From IMG/VR virus record IMGVR_UViG_3300008266_011401: DNA of 64,000 nt; one strand, 5' to 3'. The stretch is from an uncultured virus (IMG/VR IMGVR_UViG_3300008266_011401) (lineage: Duplodnaviria; Heunggongvirae; Uroviricota; Caudoviricetes). The notes beneath the pieces were generated by a model. The model was not told the origin of the DNA. It worked only from the letters and a program-made list of their open reading frames with translations, and ran no database searches. A program made the translations under genes and the position numbers. The number at the start of each line of letters is the position of its first letter. Within the stretch, counting starts at the first letter, position 1. Shown piece by piece: positions 1 through 9,382 of this stretch.

Positions 1-98
1 ACCACAAAAATGATAAAACGATAATAGAAAATGATAAAACGGACCTTTCCTATATAGGGCACGATATGAGGTATTTTCTGGTATAATATAGGGTATAA

Positions 99-136
99 AG
101 ACAAAAACATCATGACTATTATCATGATGCTTGTCT
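99..136 (-). terminator. Probable intrinsic terminator
   Basis: CATCATGA(108-115)/TCATGATG(122-129) inverted repeat, followed by a T run on the minus strand, just downstream of the 161..637 stop. Confidence 0.5.
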
Positions 137-160
137 ATACCTCTCTTGTATCTATATTAT

Positions 161-637
161 TTATTGTTGGTGTGACCGATAGCTCTTTCTATACTTTACC
201 GGTAATGCCACACTATATTCTTTCATACCTAATATAAGTTCTTTTTTAGATATGCCTGCATATTTCTTTAAGAGATAGATGTACTTCCCCACGAACCTAC
301 TATCATGATAATCATATCCTAATGCGTGGACCATTTCATGTATAAGGGTTATCATATCTCGTTGGGTAGGCGCTAGCTCTATGGTTTGACGATCACACCA
401 GGAATAATAAAAGTTTTTCCCACGTGCTTGTGTATGATATATGCCTTTACCAAATCGTATTTCAGGAATTAAATACTTTCCATTTGACTCATTATCCCAG
501 ATGAGTTGACCCAAGGTACGGAGTCTAGTAATAGGTAATTGTTTAATAAATGGTTTATATTCCGGTTGGTAAAAGAACTCGCCCTCGAACTTATACAATC
601 GTCGGGTATTAATCATTTCACGATATTGTTTGTCCAT
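161..637 (-). CDS. Zn-metallopeptidase-like protein (SprT/M48-like)
   Basis: LIHEMVHA (HExxH) followed by HD..F motif. Confidence 0.55.
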   Translation of the reverse strand: MDKQYREMINTRRLYKFEGEFFYQPEYKPFIKQLPITRLRTLGQLIWDNESNGKYLIPEIRFGKGIYHTQARGKNFYYSWCDRQTIELAPTQRDMITLIHEMVHALGYDYHDSRFVGKYIYLLKKYAGISKKELILGMKEYSVALPVKYRKSYRSHQQ

Positions 638-731
638 TCTCTTTTTGCTCCGCTTTCTTACAGAGTTGGTATTGATAGTATACTAACCAATAACCAATTC
701 CTATTGATACTAACCAAGCAATTGCCCACAT
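618..731 (-). CDS. Small membrane peptide (37 aa)
   Basis: Hand-translated MWAIAWLVSIGIGYWLVYYQY...; hydrophobic N-terminus. Confidence 0.35.
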   Translation of the reverse strand: MWAIAWLVSIGIGYWLVYYQYQLCKKAEQKENGQTIS

Positions 732-786
732 AACATTCTCTATTAATAGGTGTGTTTATATGTATCACCGACCTCTATGATTATAT

Positions 787-939
787 TCATAGATTTCCAT
801 CTACATCGTACCATTCAAACTTGGTAATCTTTGGCTTCTTATGGGTATACACTTCTTTGTAATCTTTCTGACCTTTCTTATCAGATTTATCGTTTTGCTT
901 CTTTGACCACTTGTTTTTATCTTTCCACGTTTTACCCAT
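787..939 (-). CDS. Small basic hypothetical protein (50 aa)
   Basis: Hand-translated MGKTWKDKNKWSKK...; AGGA upstream. Confidence 0.5.
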   Translation of the reverse strand: MGKTWKDKNKWSKKQNDKSDKKGQKDYKEVYTHKKPKITKFEWYDVDGNL

Positions 940-941
940 AA

Positions 942-1031
942 TTAATCCTTGTGACGGCGTTTAAACCACTTACCAATACCCATCAGTAACAGACCAAACC
1001 CAAATACAAACAGTCCCCACAGTTCGTCCAT
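942..1031 (-). CDS. Small membrane peptide (29 aa)
   Basis: Hand-translated MDELWGLFVFGFGLLLMGIGKWFKRRHKD. Confidence 0.4.
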   Translation of the reverse strand: MDELWGLFVFGFGLLLMGIGKWFKRRHKD

Positions 1032-1046
1032 ATTGTCATCGTTCAC

Positions 1047-1253
1047 TTAATTATCCTCGTCGAGCATAAGTTCGTCAGCGGTAAACTCCATTTCATACCC
1101 ATCGTTATCCAATCGAACATAGTATACATACTGACCAATATAATCACGATACTCATCCTCAGTGATTACCCCTGTCTTACCCTCATAGAAATCATCCACG
1201 GGTTCACTAATAATAACCTGCTCACCACGGTTAAACACTGGCGCCTTGGGCAT
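1047..1253 (-). CDS. Small acidic SH3/KOW-like hypothetical protein
   Basis: F..G..V....G..G.I pattern; AAGGAG RBS; directly behind a sigma70 promoter. Confidence 0.6.
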   Translation of the reverse strand: MPKAPVFNRGEQVIISEPVDDFYEGKTGVITEDEYRDYIGQYVYYVRLDNDGYEMEFTADELMLDEDN

Positions 1254-1283
1254 TTGTTTCTCCTTACGGTTAGGGTTACCTGA

Positions 1284-1312
1284 AATATACTACATTGTTA
1301 AGTCTTTGTCAA
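1284..1312 (-). promoter_or_regulatory. Sigma70-type early promoter
   Basis: Minus strand TTGACA-17 nt-TATATT. Confidence 0.8.
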
Positions 1313-1330
1313 GAGAACATTAAATATGAT

Positions 1331-1573
1331 TTATTTAGGATATACTTCTTCGTGACAATCTCTACATAGCTGACCAGACCCCTGTATATAATACAATCGT
1401 TCTTCTATTGGTGTTGATTTATTAATAGCTATTATTGTATTACAAGATATACAGCGTTCTGAATTACTTATTGCTTTTACATATTTGTATTTTTGAATTT
1501 CAGTGTCACGAATAATATATCCGATAAGGAAAACATATGTGACCGCGGTGGCGGCAATTAGTACGGTTATCAT
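1331..1573 (-). CDS. Hypothetical membrane-anchored Zn-finger protein
   Basis: N-terminal hydrophobic helix; CISC...CRDC. Confidence 0.55.
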   Translation of the reverse strand: MITVLIAATAVTYVFLIGYIIRDTEIQKYKYVKAISNSERCISCNTIIAINKSTPIEERLYYIQGSGQLCRDCHEEVYPK

Positions 1574-1574
1574 A

Positions 1575-2414
1575 TTACAATAAATGCTTTATTTGTTTTG
1601 CATCATAAAAGAAATCAGCAGTCCACTTACTCACACCCAACATTAATCGCTGACCCTGCGGGGTAAACTTACCCACCTTCCACAATTCATCAAGACACTT
1701 ATCGAATCGTGACCCCCATAGTTGAGCTTTGTATCGTGACTCACCATTGTCTGGTTCATATTTTAGATTATGAATATGTGTATGTGCCACCCCGAGAAAT
1801 GATAGGTAGGCGTGTAGTGAGGCAGACACAGGACGATTGGTAGGTTTGTTACCCACCGCAGGTTGTGCCGTGTTGGCGTAACTGTTTACAATAGACCAAC
1901 ACAATTCACTTTCGTGATTGAGGATAAACTCTTCTGTGGTAGGAAAGAATGTGTTTGCTCCCGTACCAAATCCCAACGCAACTAACTTCCAGTGCATCAG
2001 TTCGTGCACAAGATTAGCTAACGCAGCAACGGGATTGTACTGGTCAATTGAAGTCATAATTGCCCATGCCCCAGGATGACCAAATTCATTACCATCGTGT
2101 TGACCACTATAATTCTGACCCACTTCAAGATTAGGAACGATTACATCTACCAATCCACGGACATTATTATATCCCAACGGCCACACTTGCTGATAAATGT
2201 TAGCGAACGATTCAAAGTCTAAGGTTTTAATCGTCTGATAATCTTGTTCAGAACGAGGAACGATTGCAACCTTTCCATGAAACTTTGTCATAGACGACGG
2301 ATACTCAACAGGAACATATCCATTGTTCTTTTTAATCTTCGTGAATACATCTATGTCGTAACCATCTTCTTGTGGTTGTAAGATACGACTGTAATCAATA
2401 TCGTGAAATAACAT
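1575..2414 (-). CDS. aKG-HExxH-like peptide-modifying protein (paralog 1)
   Basis: LVHELMHWKL plus downstream RPVSASLHAYLSF, matching the HExxH...RP..LH.Y pattern; paralog of 47229..48083. Confidence 0.65.
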   Translation of the reverse strand: MLFHDIDYSRILQPQEDGYDIDVFTKIKKNNGYVPVEYPSSMTKFHGKVAIVPRSEQDYQTIKTLDFESFANIYQQVWPLGYNNVRGLVDVIVPNLEVGQNYSGQHDGNEFGHPGAWAIMTSIDQYNPVAALANLVHELMHWKLVALGFGTGANTFFPTTEEFILNHESELCWSIVNSYANTAQPAVGNKPTNRPVSASLHAYLSFLGVAHTHIHNLKYEPDNGESRYKAQLWGSRFDKCLDELWKVGKFTPQGQRLMLGVSKWTADFFYDAKQIKHLL

Positions 2415-3029
2415 TTATCTACCCTCCGGATGCATCCATCCAATTTTCTTTGAAATTTTTTCTTTAACAATATGTTCCGGCACACATGCGCCTAAACTTA
2501 ATACCACCCTTGGTCGGTTACCAACAACAGGGGTAGAACCGTGCAACCATTCCGATGCGTAGTTCATCCAACATTCACCTTCATCAACCCAATATTCTTT
2601 TCCATCAATAATTGGATTACCACCGATATCTGGTTTCTGTATCATGAAATTAAATCGTAAATGAATATTCCCATTACTGTCACGACTGTCTTGGTGTTCA
2701 TGCACACTACCACCTGTTAAGTTGACACCGATAAAATTTCCAAACTGTGGTTCTGGTAAAATATTAGAGACACCGATTTGCTCGTATACAATTTCTCTAT
2801 ACGCGGATACTATTTGTGACAGTTCCAGTTCTGGATATTTGGTAAGCATACAAAAGCGTCTGCTACACTTGGCAGCATCCGCTCGGGGGTCCATGTTATA
2901 TTTAAAATATTCCAATCCAGAGTGTAATGCAAAATCTAGGATTTTATTTTTTATAAAGGTAGGAATGGTGACATTATACTTTGGATTCATAATAACCTCA
3001 TTACATTGTACTTCAATACATATACTCAA
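2415..3029 (-). CDS. 2OG-Fe(II) oxygenase
   Basis: HQD...HGSTPV...R.VLS facial triad and 2OG-binding Arg; start may be at 2990. Confidence 0.75.
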   Translation of the reverse strand: MSICIEVQCNEVIMNPKYNVTIPTFIKNKILDFALHSGLEYFKYNMDPRADAAKCSRRFCMLTKYPELELSQIVSAYREIVYEQIGVSNILPEPQFGNFIGVNLTGGSVHEHQDSRDSNGNIHLRFNFMIQKPDIGGNPIIDGKEYWVDEGECWMNYASEWLHGSTPVVGNRPRVVLSLGACVPEHIVKEKISKKIGWMHPEGR

Positions 3030-3086
3030 ACGAACGGGAATACGCCCGTTACCGTAGTAACAGGCGTACCCACTATCACGTTTCCC

Positions 3087-4247
3087 TTAAACGTTAGAAA
3101 CGAAGTCAGCTTGCTCCCACGGTACACTAGCGGTAATGTTGGGGTTCACAAAGTACTTCTGCACCACTTGCCGCATGTACGTGCGTTCCGAATCATTACC
3201 ACCAGCGGGAGAGAAGAAGGGATAGACACACGCCTCAGCAGCCTCTGCGAGAGTGAACCCATCATTCAACAGACCAGCCATCTCTACCGTCATACGTGAT
3301 GAGATAGAAGTAGTAACCTTTGGATCTTCGCTACGAACCTGCGTACGAGTGTGGTCTGCAATCTCTGCGATTGCACGAAGCGCATCGGGATTAACCTCTG
3401 GATACGTCATCGTGAGAAGAGAAAGTTCATCGTCCCTGTTAAGCGGTTCCATCTCGACCACCGAAGCAAATCGGTCCATCATCGCTCGGTCAAGGACACG
3501 GGTGGCGGTGTACTCACTACCGATATTTGCCGTAGCGATAAACGTTACACCCCTCGCCACCTTAATCGTCGGCGTGTCTGGCATCTCATCAATGCGAAGG
3601 TAACGCTGGTTCTCATCAAGAACCGTCATCAGAATGTTCCAGGCGTCAGCGTGTCCACGCGTCAGCTCGTCAAGAAGAATGATGGCGTTGTCATCCTGAA
3701 TTGCCTTGACGAACAGAGCCTCAGCCACGAACGTACCCTTGTCCTTGCTGAAATGGGTATTACCGATAAGCGTGGAGCGGGGATCCTGTGTAGCGCCGAG
3801 GTTGAAGTAGTAGAACCGCCGGCCATCCAGCACGTTTGCGATAGTCTGTGCGGCGAGAGTCTTACCACAACCAGAAGGACCAGTCATCATAATGTTCTTA
3901 CCACGAAGTACCGAACGCATCAGATATCGCCACTTCAACGAATCCATAATCAGATGCGAGGGCTTGAGAGTTTCACAGTTCTTCAAAAACTCTACCACAT
4001 CATTTTCCAGTTCATTTTTCACATTCTCTACCTTCTTGGAGGGAACCGCAGTCTTGCGGAGAGCATCGTAGTCTGCCATATCAGTATCACGCCACTGCGT
4101 ACGACCAGTCTTGGTGTTCAACATACGGAGTGCAGTACCGTTTGCGTTGGCTCGCTTTCGAGCGTGGAGTGGAATATCAACAGTCATGTCATTGCCATGC
4201 TGGTCAATTGCCGTGAGATTATCCAGAACCTTTACAAGAGTGGTCAT
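3087..4247 (-). CDS. MoxR/CbbQ/NorQ/CobS-type AAA+ ATPase
   Basis: GPSGCGKT Walker A, ILLDE Walker B, ATAN sensor, LDRAMMDRF arginine finger. Confidence 0.9.
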   Translation of the reverse strand: MTTLVKVLDNLTAIDQHGNDMTVDIPLHARKRANANGTALRMLNTKTGRTQWRDTDMADYDALRKTAVPSKKVENVKNELENDVVEFLKNCETLKPSHLIMDSLKWRYLMRSVLRGKNIMMTGPSGCGKTLAAQTIANVLDGRRFYYFNLGATQDPRSTLIGNTHFSKDKGTFVAEALFVKAIQDDNAIILLDELTRGHADAWNILMTVLDENQRYLRIDEMPDTPTIKVARGVTFIATANIGSEYTATRVLDRAMMDRFASVVEMEPLNRDDELSLLTMTYPEVNPDALRAIAEIADHTRTQVRSEDPKVTTSISSRMTVEMAGLLNDGFTLAEAAEACVYPFFSPAGGNDSERTYMRQVVQKYFVNPNITASVPWEQADFVSNV

Positions 4248-4290
4248 AATTCCTCAGAGAGTGTAGTTGGTCGTGAACTTCATACTCTGT

Positions 4291-4329
4291 AATATAATAC
4301 GGGGACTCATCATAAGACAAGTCCCCGTA
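4291..4329 (-). promoter_or_regulatory. Sigma70-type promoter inside an inverted repeat
   Basis: TTGTCT-18 nt-TATATT; perfect 10-bp IR TACGGGGACT(4298-4307)/AGTCCCCGTA(4320-4329). Confidence 0.6.
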
Positions 4330-4373
4330 CATTAGGATTCCATTAATGTTACAATTGTATTAAATAGTATTTA

Positions 4374-5744
4374 TTAATATACTTCTGTCCATGATAAGGT
4401 ACACCCAACATCGGTACTGGTTCCTGTCATATTCTTCATAGCGAGTATATAAATTTCGCTATCATTACTAGGAATATTTTGTGAGATGAAATTTACTTTT
4501 TGGTTGACCACAGGGGTTTGTTGTTGACCTGCCACATTGTTTCCACCACCAACACCACCTGCGAAAATAAATCCACCAGAAAGTTCTTGACCACCAGTAT
4601 AGGCTGTTGCAGTGACATTGTATTCTACCACCGAGTTAGGATCAAAAGACACCCAACTACCACCTGTTAGTGACGAGGATTGTGGCAGTTTAACTAATTT
4701 GTATTGGCAGGTTTGGTCCTCAGTAAATGCACTCGCGGCGGTAACTCTAACGAATGCACGATTTGGTACACCACTATATGAATTCTTTAAACGGATTGCC
4801 ATCACTGGTAATGTAGATCCAGATGATACTGGACGTAACGCAGGGCTACCAAATGCAAAACTGATACCTTGTTCTTCGTATCCACCATCACTCAACACGG
4901 TAGAACAAATCTGCTCCATACTACCTGTTGCGGCAGGTGCGGATGTATTCACAATTTCACATCGTACTGGAAGGTTTGGATTTGCCATATATACTACGTC
5001 TGTTGTGTTTGAGTGGTCAAAGGTGTGACAGATTACGGTAATACCTTTGTGTACAAATCCACAACGAACACGACCAACACCTAACCATTGAAAGTCGGTG
5101 TAGAATAGTTGTGTTTTGGTAACATCAAACGTAAACGGACCAGATAATAAATTATTAACATTCCAATTTTCTTGTTTAACACGATTTTCTACTATTGACC
5201 CAGTTCCATTGGTAGATGAACGAATAACAAATTGTAAACTTCCAGTTTGGTCCTGTTCTACGAAAATACCATTAAAATCATCAAAATAACCCGTACGTTT
5301 TACTACACCAGGTTCTGCGGTACCGAATATAAAACTACTGAGAATAGTCTGGCTTTTTCCAGGTAAATAATTGTGATACATTTTTGTTTGATGTATCGCT
5401 CGGCTACCGGATGTTAAACTGGTTTTTAGTGTGACCGATGCTCTGTTCACATTGAAAGTTAAGGACGCTGCACTTGATGTAAAATCTACGAAATTTTTGT
5501 CAATGGAATAAATGTGTTTGTAGTCATTGAGAGTAAATGGGATTGCTACACGTTGACGACCGAATGCATCATACAACGGGTCTACTGAACCACTGCTCAG
5601 TGTTCCACCTTGTGAAGATTTGAACACACCAAGATTATTGTACAAATGTAATAATTCCCATCCATCCTTACCCTTTTCATTCATATTATCCAATGCGTTT
5701 GGTAATAATGATGGAAGTTGGTCTATTTTATATTGTATTGACAT
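4374..5744 (-). CDS. Putative virion structural protein (beta-rich)
   Basis: Ser/Thr/Gly-rich, DAFGR motif, C-terminal W.E; start refined to MSIQYK; ACTATTTATA motif upstream. Confidence 0.5.
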   Translation of the reverse strand: MSIQYKIDQLPSLLPNALDNMNEKGKDGWELLHLYNNLGVFKSSQGGTLSSGSVDPLYDAFGRQRVAIPFTLNDYKHIYSIDKNFVDFTSSAASLTFNVNRASVTLKTSLTSGSRAIHQTKMYHNYLPGKSQTILSSFIFGTAEPGVVKRTGYFDDFNGIFVEQDQTGSLQFVIRSSTNGTGSIVENRVKQENWNVNNLLSGPFTFDVTKTQLFYTDFQWLGVGRVRCGFVHKGITVICHTFDHSNTTDVVYMANPNLPVRCEIVNTSAPAATGSMEQICSTVLSDGGYEEQGISFAFGSPALRPVSSGSTLPVMAIRLKNSYSGVPNRAFVRVTAASAFTEDQTCQYKLVKLPQSSSLTGGSWVSFDPNSVVEYNVTATAYTGGQELSGGFIFAGGVGGGNNVAGQQQTPVVNQKVNFISQNIPSNDSEIYILAMKNMTGTSTDVGCTLSWTEVY

Positions 5745-5770
5745 GTATATTACCCAGAGAAAGTCCAGTA

Positions 5771-5780
5771 TATAAATAGT
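5771..5780 (-). promoter_or_regulatory. Putative late promoter motif ACTATTTATA
   Basis: One of four identical intergenic copies, 27 nt upstream of an ATG. Confidence 0.55.
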
Positions 5781-5792
5781 ACAAATGTAAAG

Positions 5793-5826
5793 AAAATCCC
5801 CCGCCAACTCTGACGGGGGATTTTTT
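5793..5826. terminator. Intrinsic terminator (possibly bidirectional)
   Basis: AAAATCCCCCG...CGGGGGATTTT hairpin flanked by A/T runs. Confidence 0.8.
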
Positions 5827-6118
5827 ATTTTTCTGCCGTTATATTTAAACTATTTTGTACTCTGTCAATCAATCCTTTGGCGAGTTGTTCCAGTTCACCA
5901 ATACAGTAATTATTCTTTCGAACTTTCCACGGTTTATTCAAATCGGCATATAACTCACTGACTTCACCGGTTTGTGTGTTGTAATGTAAATACAACCCAT
6001 ACATCATTGCACCCAAATTCCCTGAATCGTGTTTCCGTTTTCGATACAAATATTTCGAGAAACGATTTAGATGCTCCGCCAATGTCTCATTGCCGTGTGG
6101 CCAACTGATATGTGTCAT
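5825..6118 (-). CDS. Hypothetical protein
   Basis: 97-aa ORF translationally coupled to the vWA gene. Confidence 0.6.
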   Translation of the reverse strand: MTHISWPHGNETLAEHLNRFSKYLYRKRKHDSGNLGAMMYGLYLHYNTQTGEVSELYADLNKPWKVRKNNYCIGELEQLAKGLIDRVQNSLNITAEK

Positions 6119-8376
6119 TAGGACTTTTTGAGTAGAAGGTTATTCATAGTACGAAGTACCTCAGTTACATTCTGCACATTCACAAACACAGCGTTTTCAC
6201 CATACATCTTTTTGAAAGCGATATGCGAATAGCTGTGGGGTCTGCTAGTTACGTACTCAGAAATGAAATACGACATAACCTTGACACCAGCATCACGCAT
6301 CGCTTGTACCTGTCGCCGTGTATGATTGAATGCTTCCTCACCACCATAACTACGATATTCACCACCACGACGAACAGATGTACCAGGTTCACCATCCGAA
6401 AAGTTAATGAAGTACGTATCGTATTCACCAGAGCATTCCGTAATAAGGTCTAGCGTTGCGTTGAAGCACAATCCCTCAGGAGTAGAACCTGTCGGACACA
6501 GAGAAGGAAAGAGGTTACGAACCTTTTGGAAATTATCAACTCGACTGTCATGCACCACAGCGACCATAGGAATTTCACTATCACCACGAATCGTAACAAC
6601 AACTTCAATATTACGAATTTTACTAGCGACATAGGACAATGCAGTAGCCACGGTAATACACTGTTCCCACTTCCTGCCACTCATAGAACCAGACGCGTCC
6701 AGAGACAGATGGAGCATCGCAGGCTTAAAGTTTTCAACCGTGGTTCGCTTGAACACACTCTCAATATCCATACCCAGCTGAGCGAGGATACGGCGGTCAA
6801 TACGACCGTGATCCTGACGGGTAAATGTTGTTACAACAGGATCGTTACGAACCTGCAACCTATGCACAAGAACCTGACCCATACGAACACCAGATACCAC
6901 TGCATTCTTGTTACGTTCAGTAGAGTACAGAACCTTTTCACCCTTATGATGCGTAACATGCGAAAATGGGAAGAACTCCGACTGCATAATTTGTTTATTA
7001 ATTTTACGTGTAACAAGACACGGGAACATACCGACAATCTTATCACCAGCCTCAACAATCTTCGCATCTGCGGATTCGAGATGCTGAATGTCAGCCCGTT
7101 CCTTCGCCTTCAACTTCTTACGACGATTCTGACCACGCATTACCTGCTCCATCTTCTTCATCGCATCCAACGCCTTCTTCTCATTGAACTTACCAGGAAC
7201 AACCGATGACTGCGTGTTGCCAATATCAAGATTTTCCAAGCCATCCAAATTCATATCAAACTGCACACCATCCATCTGAATCTGCACAGTTTGTGTGGAC
7301 GTATCCGAGTTAGCCTTTTGCATCTGCTGTTCATAATCGCCAATGTGCTTCATAATTTCATACAGTACATCATTGGCAACAGTCCACAACGGTGGGAGGG
7401 TTTCGTAATCCAACAACGTAATATACGAAGGGCCGCCCGAATATGATTTACTACCACCATTGATATACCAGTTTTGCCAAGGAGAATTGGTGAACGAAAA
7501 ACTCCACTCAGCAAAACGTTCTGGCATCCGCTTAGTAATATCAAATCGGCGGATATTCTTCAAATCAATCATACCGACCATCTTAGACAGCCCGGGCAGT
7601 GCATTGCGGTCAAAGTTCGGATGAAAAATATTAATCAACCAGTTCGTGTAATTCTGAAACGTAGGAGTACGCCACGATGGATTGTGCTTCAAGTTTTTGG
7701 TAACTTCGGTATTAAAGAAATACTTGGTATACATCGCATCGTAATAAGGACGATACCCCGATGCGTTCTTATACACATACGAATCAATACGACGATCTTC
7801 GATTACGTTCATAATAACACCCAACATCTTCTGCATCGCCAGCACCTGCAAACGAATTTTGTTGAGGCCGATATCGTTACGATTATAATCAATCTGATAA
7901 TCGGGATGAAGCAGACCACGGAGTTCAGGACTCAACGCAATGTAGCACTGCTCCCAATTCTTCTCAGTAATCAAATGTTCCAACATATTGAAATCCGAAA
8001 GGAGACAATGTGACCCCTCGTGTAGTGCAAGACCCACCATAGAATCGAAATGTTTCGAATCATCTTCAGCAGCAATTACAACACGCTTACCATCGGTATA
8101 CGAATCCTTGCCGGAAGAAAAAGCCACTTCAATCGTTTCATCGTTGGTGAGAATACGAACAAAATTAGCAATAGCTCGACGAACAGAGGCAAGCTTGACA
8201 ATACGCTCTGGATTTATAAAGTCATCTTTGATTGTAGATGTGGTGTACTCATCATCATCAAAATCCATCCAATACGAACTGTAATTAGTAGCCTGCTTCT
8301 TCTTAACACCTGTCCGCGTGTTAAGTGTCCACAGAGTTTCTTGTTCATATGTGTCGTAGTATCTTGACATAATCAC
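6118..8376 (-). CDS. vWA-domain protein with N-terminal HExxH metallopeptidase-like domain (MoxR partner, CobT-like)
   Basis: HEGSH...NVIEDRRI; MIDAS DASGSM, TPE, FSDGEP. Confidence 0.85.
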   Translation of the reverse strand: MIMSRYYDTYEQETLWTLNTRTGVKKKQATNYSSYWMDFDDDEYTTSTIKDDFINPERIVKLASVRRAIANFVRILTNDETIEVAFSSGKDSYTDGKRVVIAAEDDSKHFDSMVGLALHEGSHCLLSDFNMLEHLITEKNWEQCYIALSPELRGLLHPDYQIDYNRNDIGLNKIRLQVLAMQKMLGVIMNVIEDRRIDSYVYKNASGYRPYYDAMYTKYFFNTEVTKNLKHNPSWRTPTFQNYTNWLINIFHPNFDRNALPGLSKMVGMIDLKNIRRFDITKRMPERFAEWSFSFTNSPWQNWYINGGSKSYSGGPSYITLLDYETLPPLWTVANDVLYEIMKHIGDYEQQMQKANSDTSTQTVQIQMDGVQFDMNLDGLENLDIGNTQSSVVPGKFNEKKALDAMKKMEQVMRGQNRRKKLKAKERADIQHLESADAKIVEAGDKIVGMFPCLVTRKINKQIMQSEFFPFSHVTHHKGEKVLYSTERNKNAVVSGVRMGQVLVHRLQVRNDPVVTTFTRQDHGRIDRRILAQLGMDIESVFKRTTVENFKPAMLHLSLDASGSMSGRKWEQCITVATALSYVASKIRNIEVVVTIRGDSEIPMVAVVHDSRVDNFQKVRNLFPSLCPTGSTPEGLCFNATLDLITECSGEYDTYFINFSDGEPGTSVRRGGEYRSYGGEEAFNHTRRQVQAMRDAGVKVMSYFISEYVTSRPHSYSHIAFKKMYGENAVFVNVQNVTEVLRTMNNLLLKKS

Positions 8377-8398
8377 CTTTCGTTTAGGGTATACTATA

Positions 8399-8433
8399 AA
8401 GATATATCCCCCTCACCGAAAAGGAAAGGGGGA
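8399..8433 (-). promoter_or_regulatory. Promoter-like element inside an inverted repeat
   Basis: TTTCCT-17 nt-TATCTT; IR TCCCCCT(8407-8413)/AGGGGGA(8427-8433). Confidence 0.45.
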
Positions 8434-8467
8434 CATCATTACGTTTTGATTAATATTGTAATAAATA

Positions 8468-9382
8468 CTATTTAACAAATATACATTGTTTATTACCTTT
8501 TTTAATTACCTTGTAAGGTGTTGCCGTTACATCAGTTAACGTATGTATGGTAAATACTGGTGTATCAATTGTGGCTACACCATATTCCGCGGTCCACGTT
8601 ATTTCCCAATCCAACATCTTACATAACATATTATATTCGTATCCATATCCATATTTCGTTGCAATACCAAGATTTTCCAATGCAATTCGTTTAGATTCGG
8701 TACAATTAAATGAACACGGTAAATGTGTAACTAACTTTAACCCAGCCCATCGAAGAAGATTACTAGCCCAGATTGGTGTTGTTTCAGGTAATTCGATAGC
8801 ATTATATTCACCAAGAATATTTTCTGCTTCAACATAATCGGATGTATTGGTAATTGTACAGGCTGCTTGTTGCCACGTTGTATCAATACCACCTCGTCGC
8901 ATCCACACTTCCGTAAAATGCTCTGAACAACAATGTGGGTATCCTAATCCACGACCAATGAGATATTCTCCCATAAATACATCACGTTCACGAGTTTTCC
9001 AGATGTCATTCCACTTGGAAACCAATTCTGGTTTGGTTACAATAGAACGCCATACAAATTGTGCCTGTCCATCCCACGGAAGTGAGTGATTACCGTAGTT
9101 ACCACTCATATTGTCTGCTTCTTTGTTTAGTAAAACAATCTCCAATCCATATTTACGAAATTCTGCACGTTTTTGTTCAACATCGGCGGGTCGAATAAAC
9201 AATAAATGTGCATCACGAGTTCCTTCAATTACCGAAAGATATTCAATGTGGTTGAATACGCCAACGATATTAGACATTAATTTTCTGTATTTATCCGCGT
9301 CTTTTTCATATTCTTGTTTAAAAGAAATATTAGTAAAGTTTGGACGTTCAATGTCTGTTTTTATAATCTGCATAATTACCAA
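8468..9382 (-). CDS. Cys-motif protein, DUF483-like
   Basis: GRGLGYPHCCSEHF and HLPCSFNC motifs. Confidence 0.5.
   Translation of the reverse strand: MVIMQIIKTDIERPNFTNISFKQEYEKDADKYRKLMSNIVGVFNHIEYLSVIEGTRDAHLLFIRPADVEQKRAEFRKYGLEIVLLNKEADNMSGNYGNHSLPWDGQAQFVWRSIVTKPELVSKWNDIWKTRERDVFMGEYLIGRGLGYPHCCSEHFTEVWMRRGGIDTTWQQAACTITNTSDYVEAENILGEYNAIELPETTPIWASNLLRWAGLKLVTHLPCSFNCTESKRIALENLGIATKYGYGYEYNMLCKMLDWEITWTAEYGVATIDTPVFTIHTLTDVTATPYKVIKKGNKQCIFVK

Noticed and set aside
6..41. Direct repeat AAAATGATAAAACG x2 at the window edge (iteron or terminus?)
   Set aside because: Only two AT-rich copies, and the context is cut off by the window edge.
3351..4292. Long plus-strand ORFs (also 6526..7209, 13280..13993, 44850..45365)
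   Set aside because: They are antisense shadows of well-supported minus-strand genes and carry no recognisable motifs.
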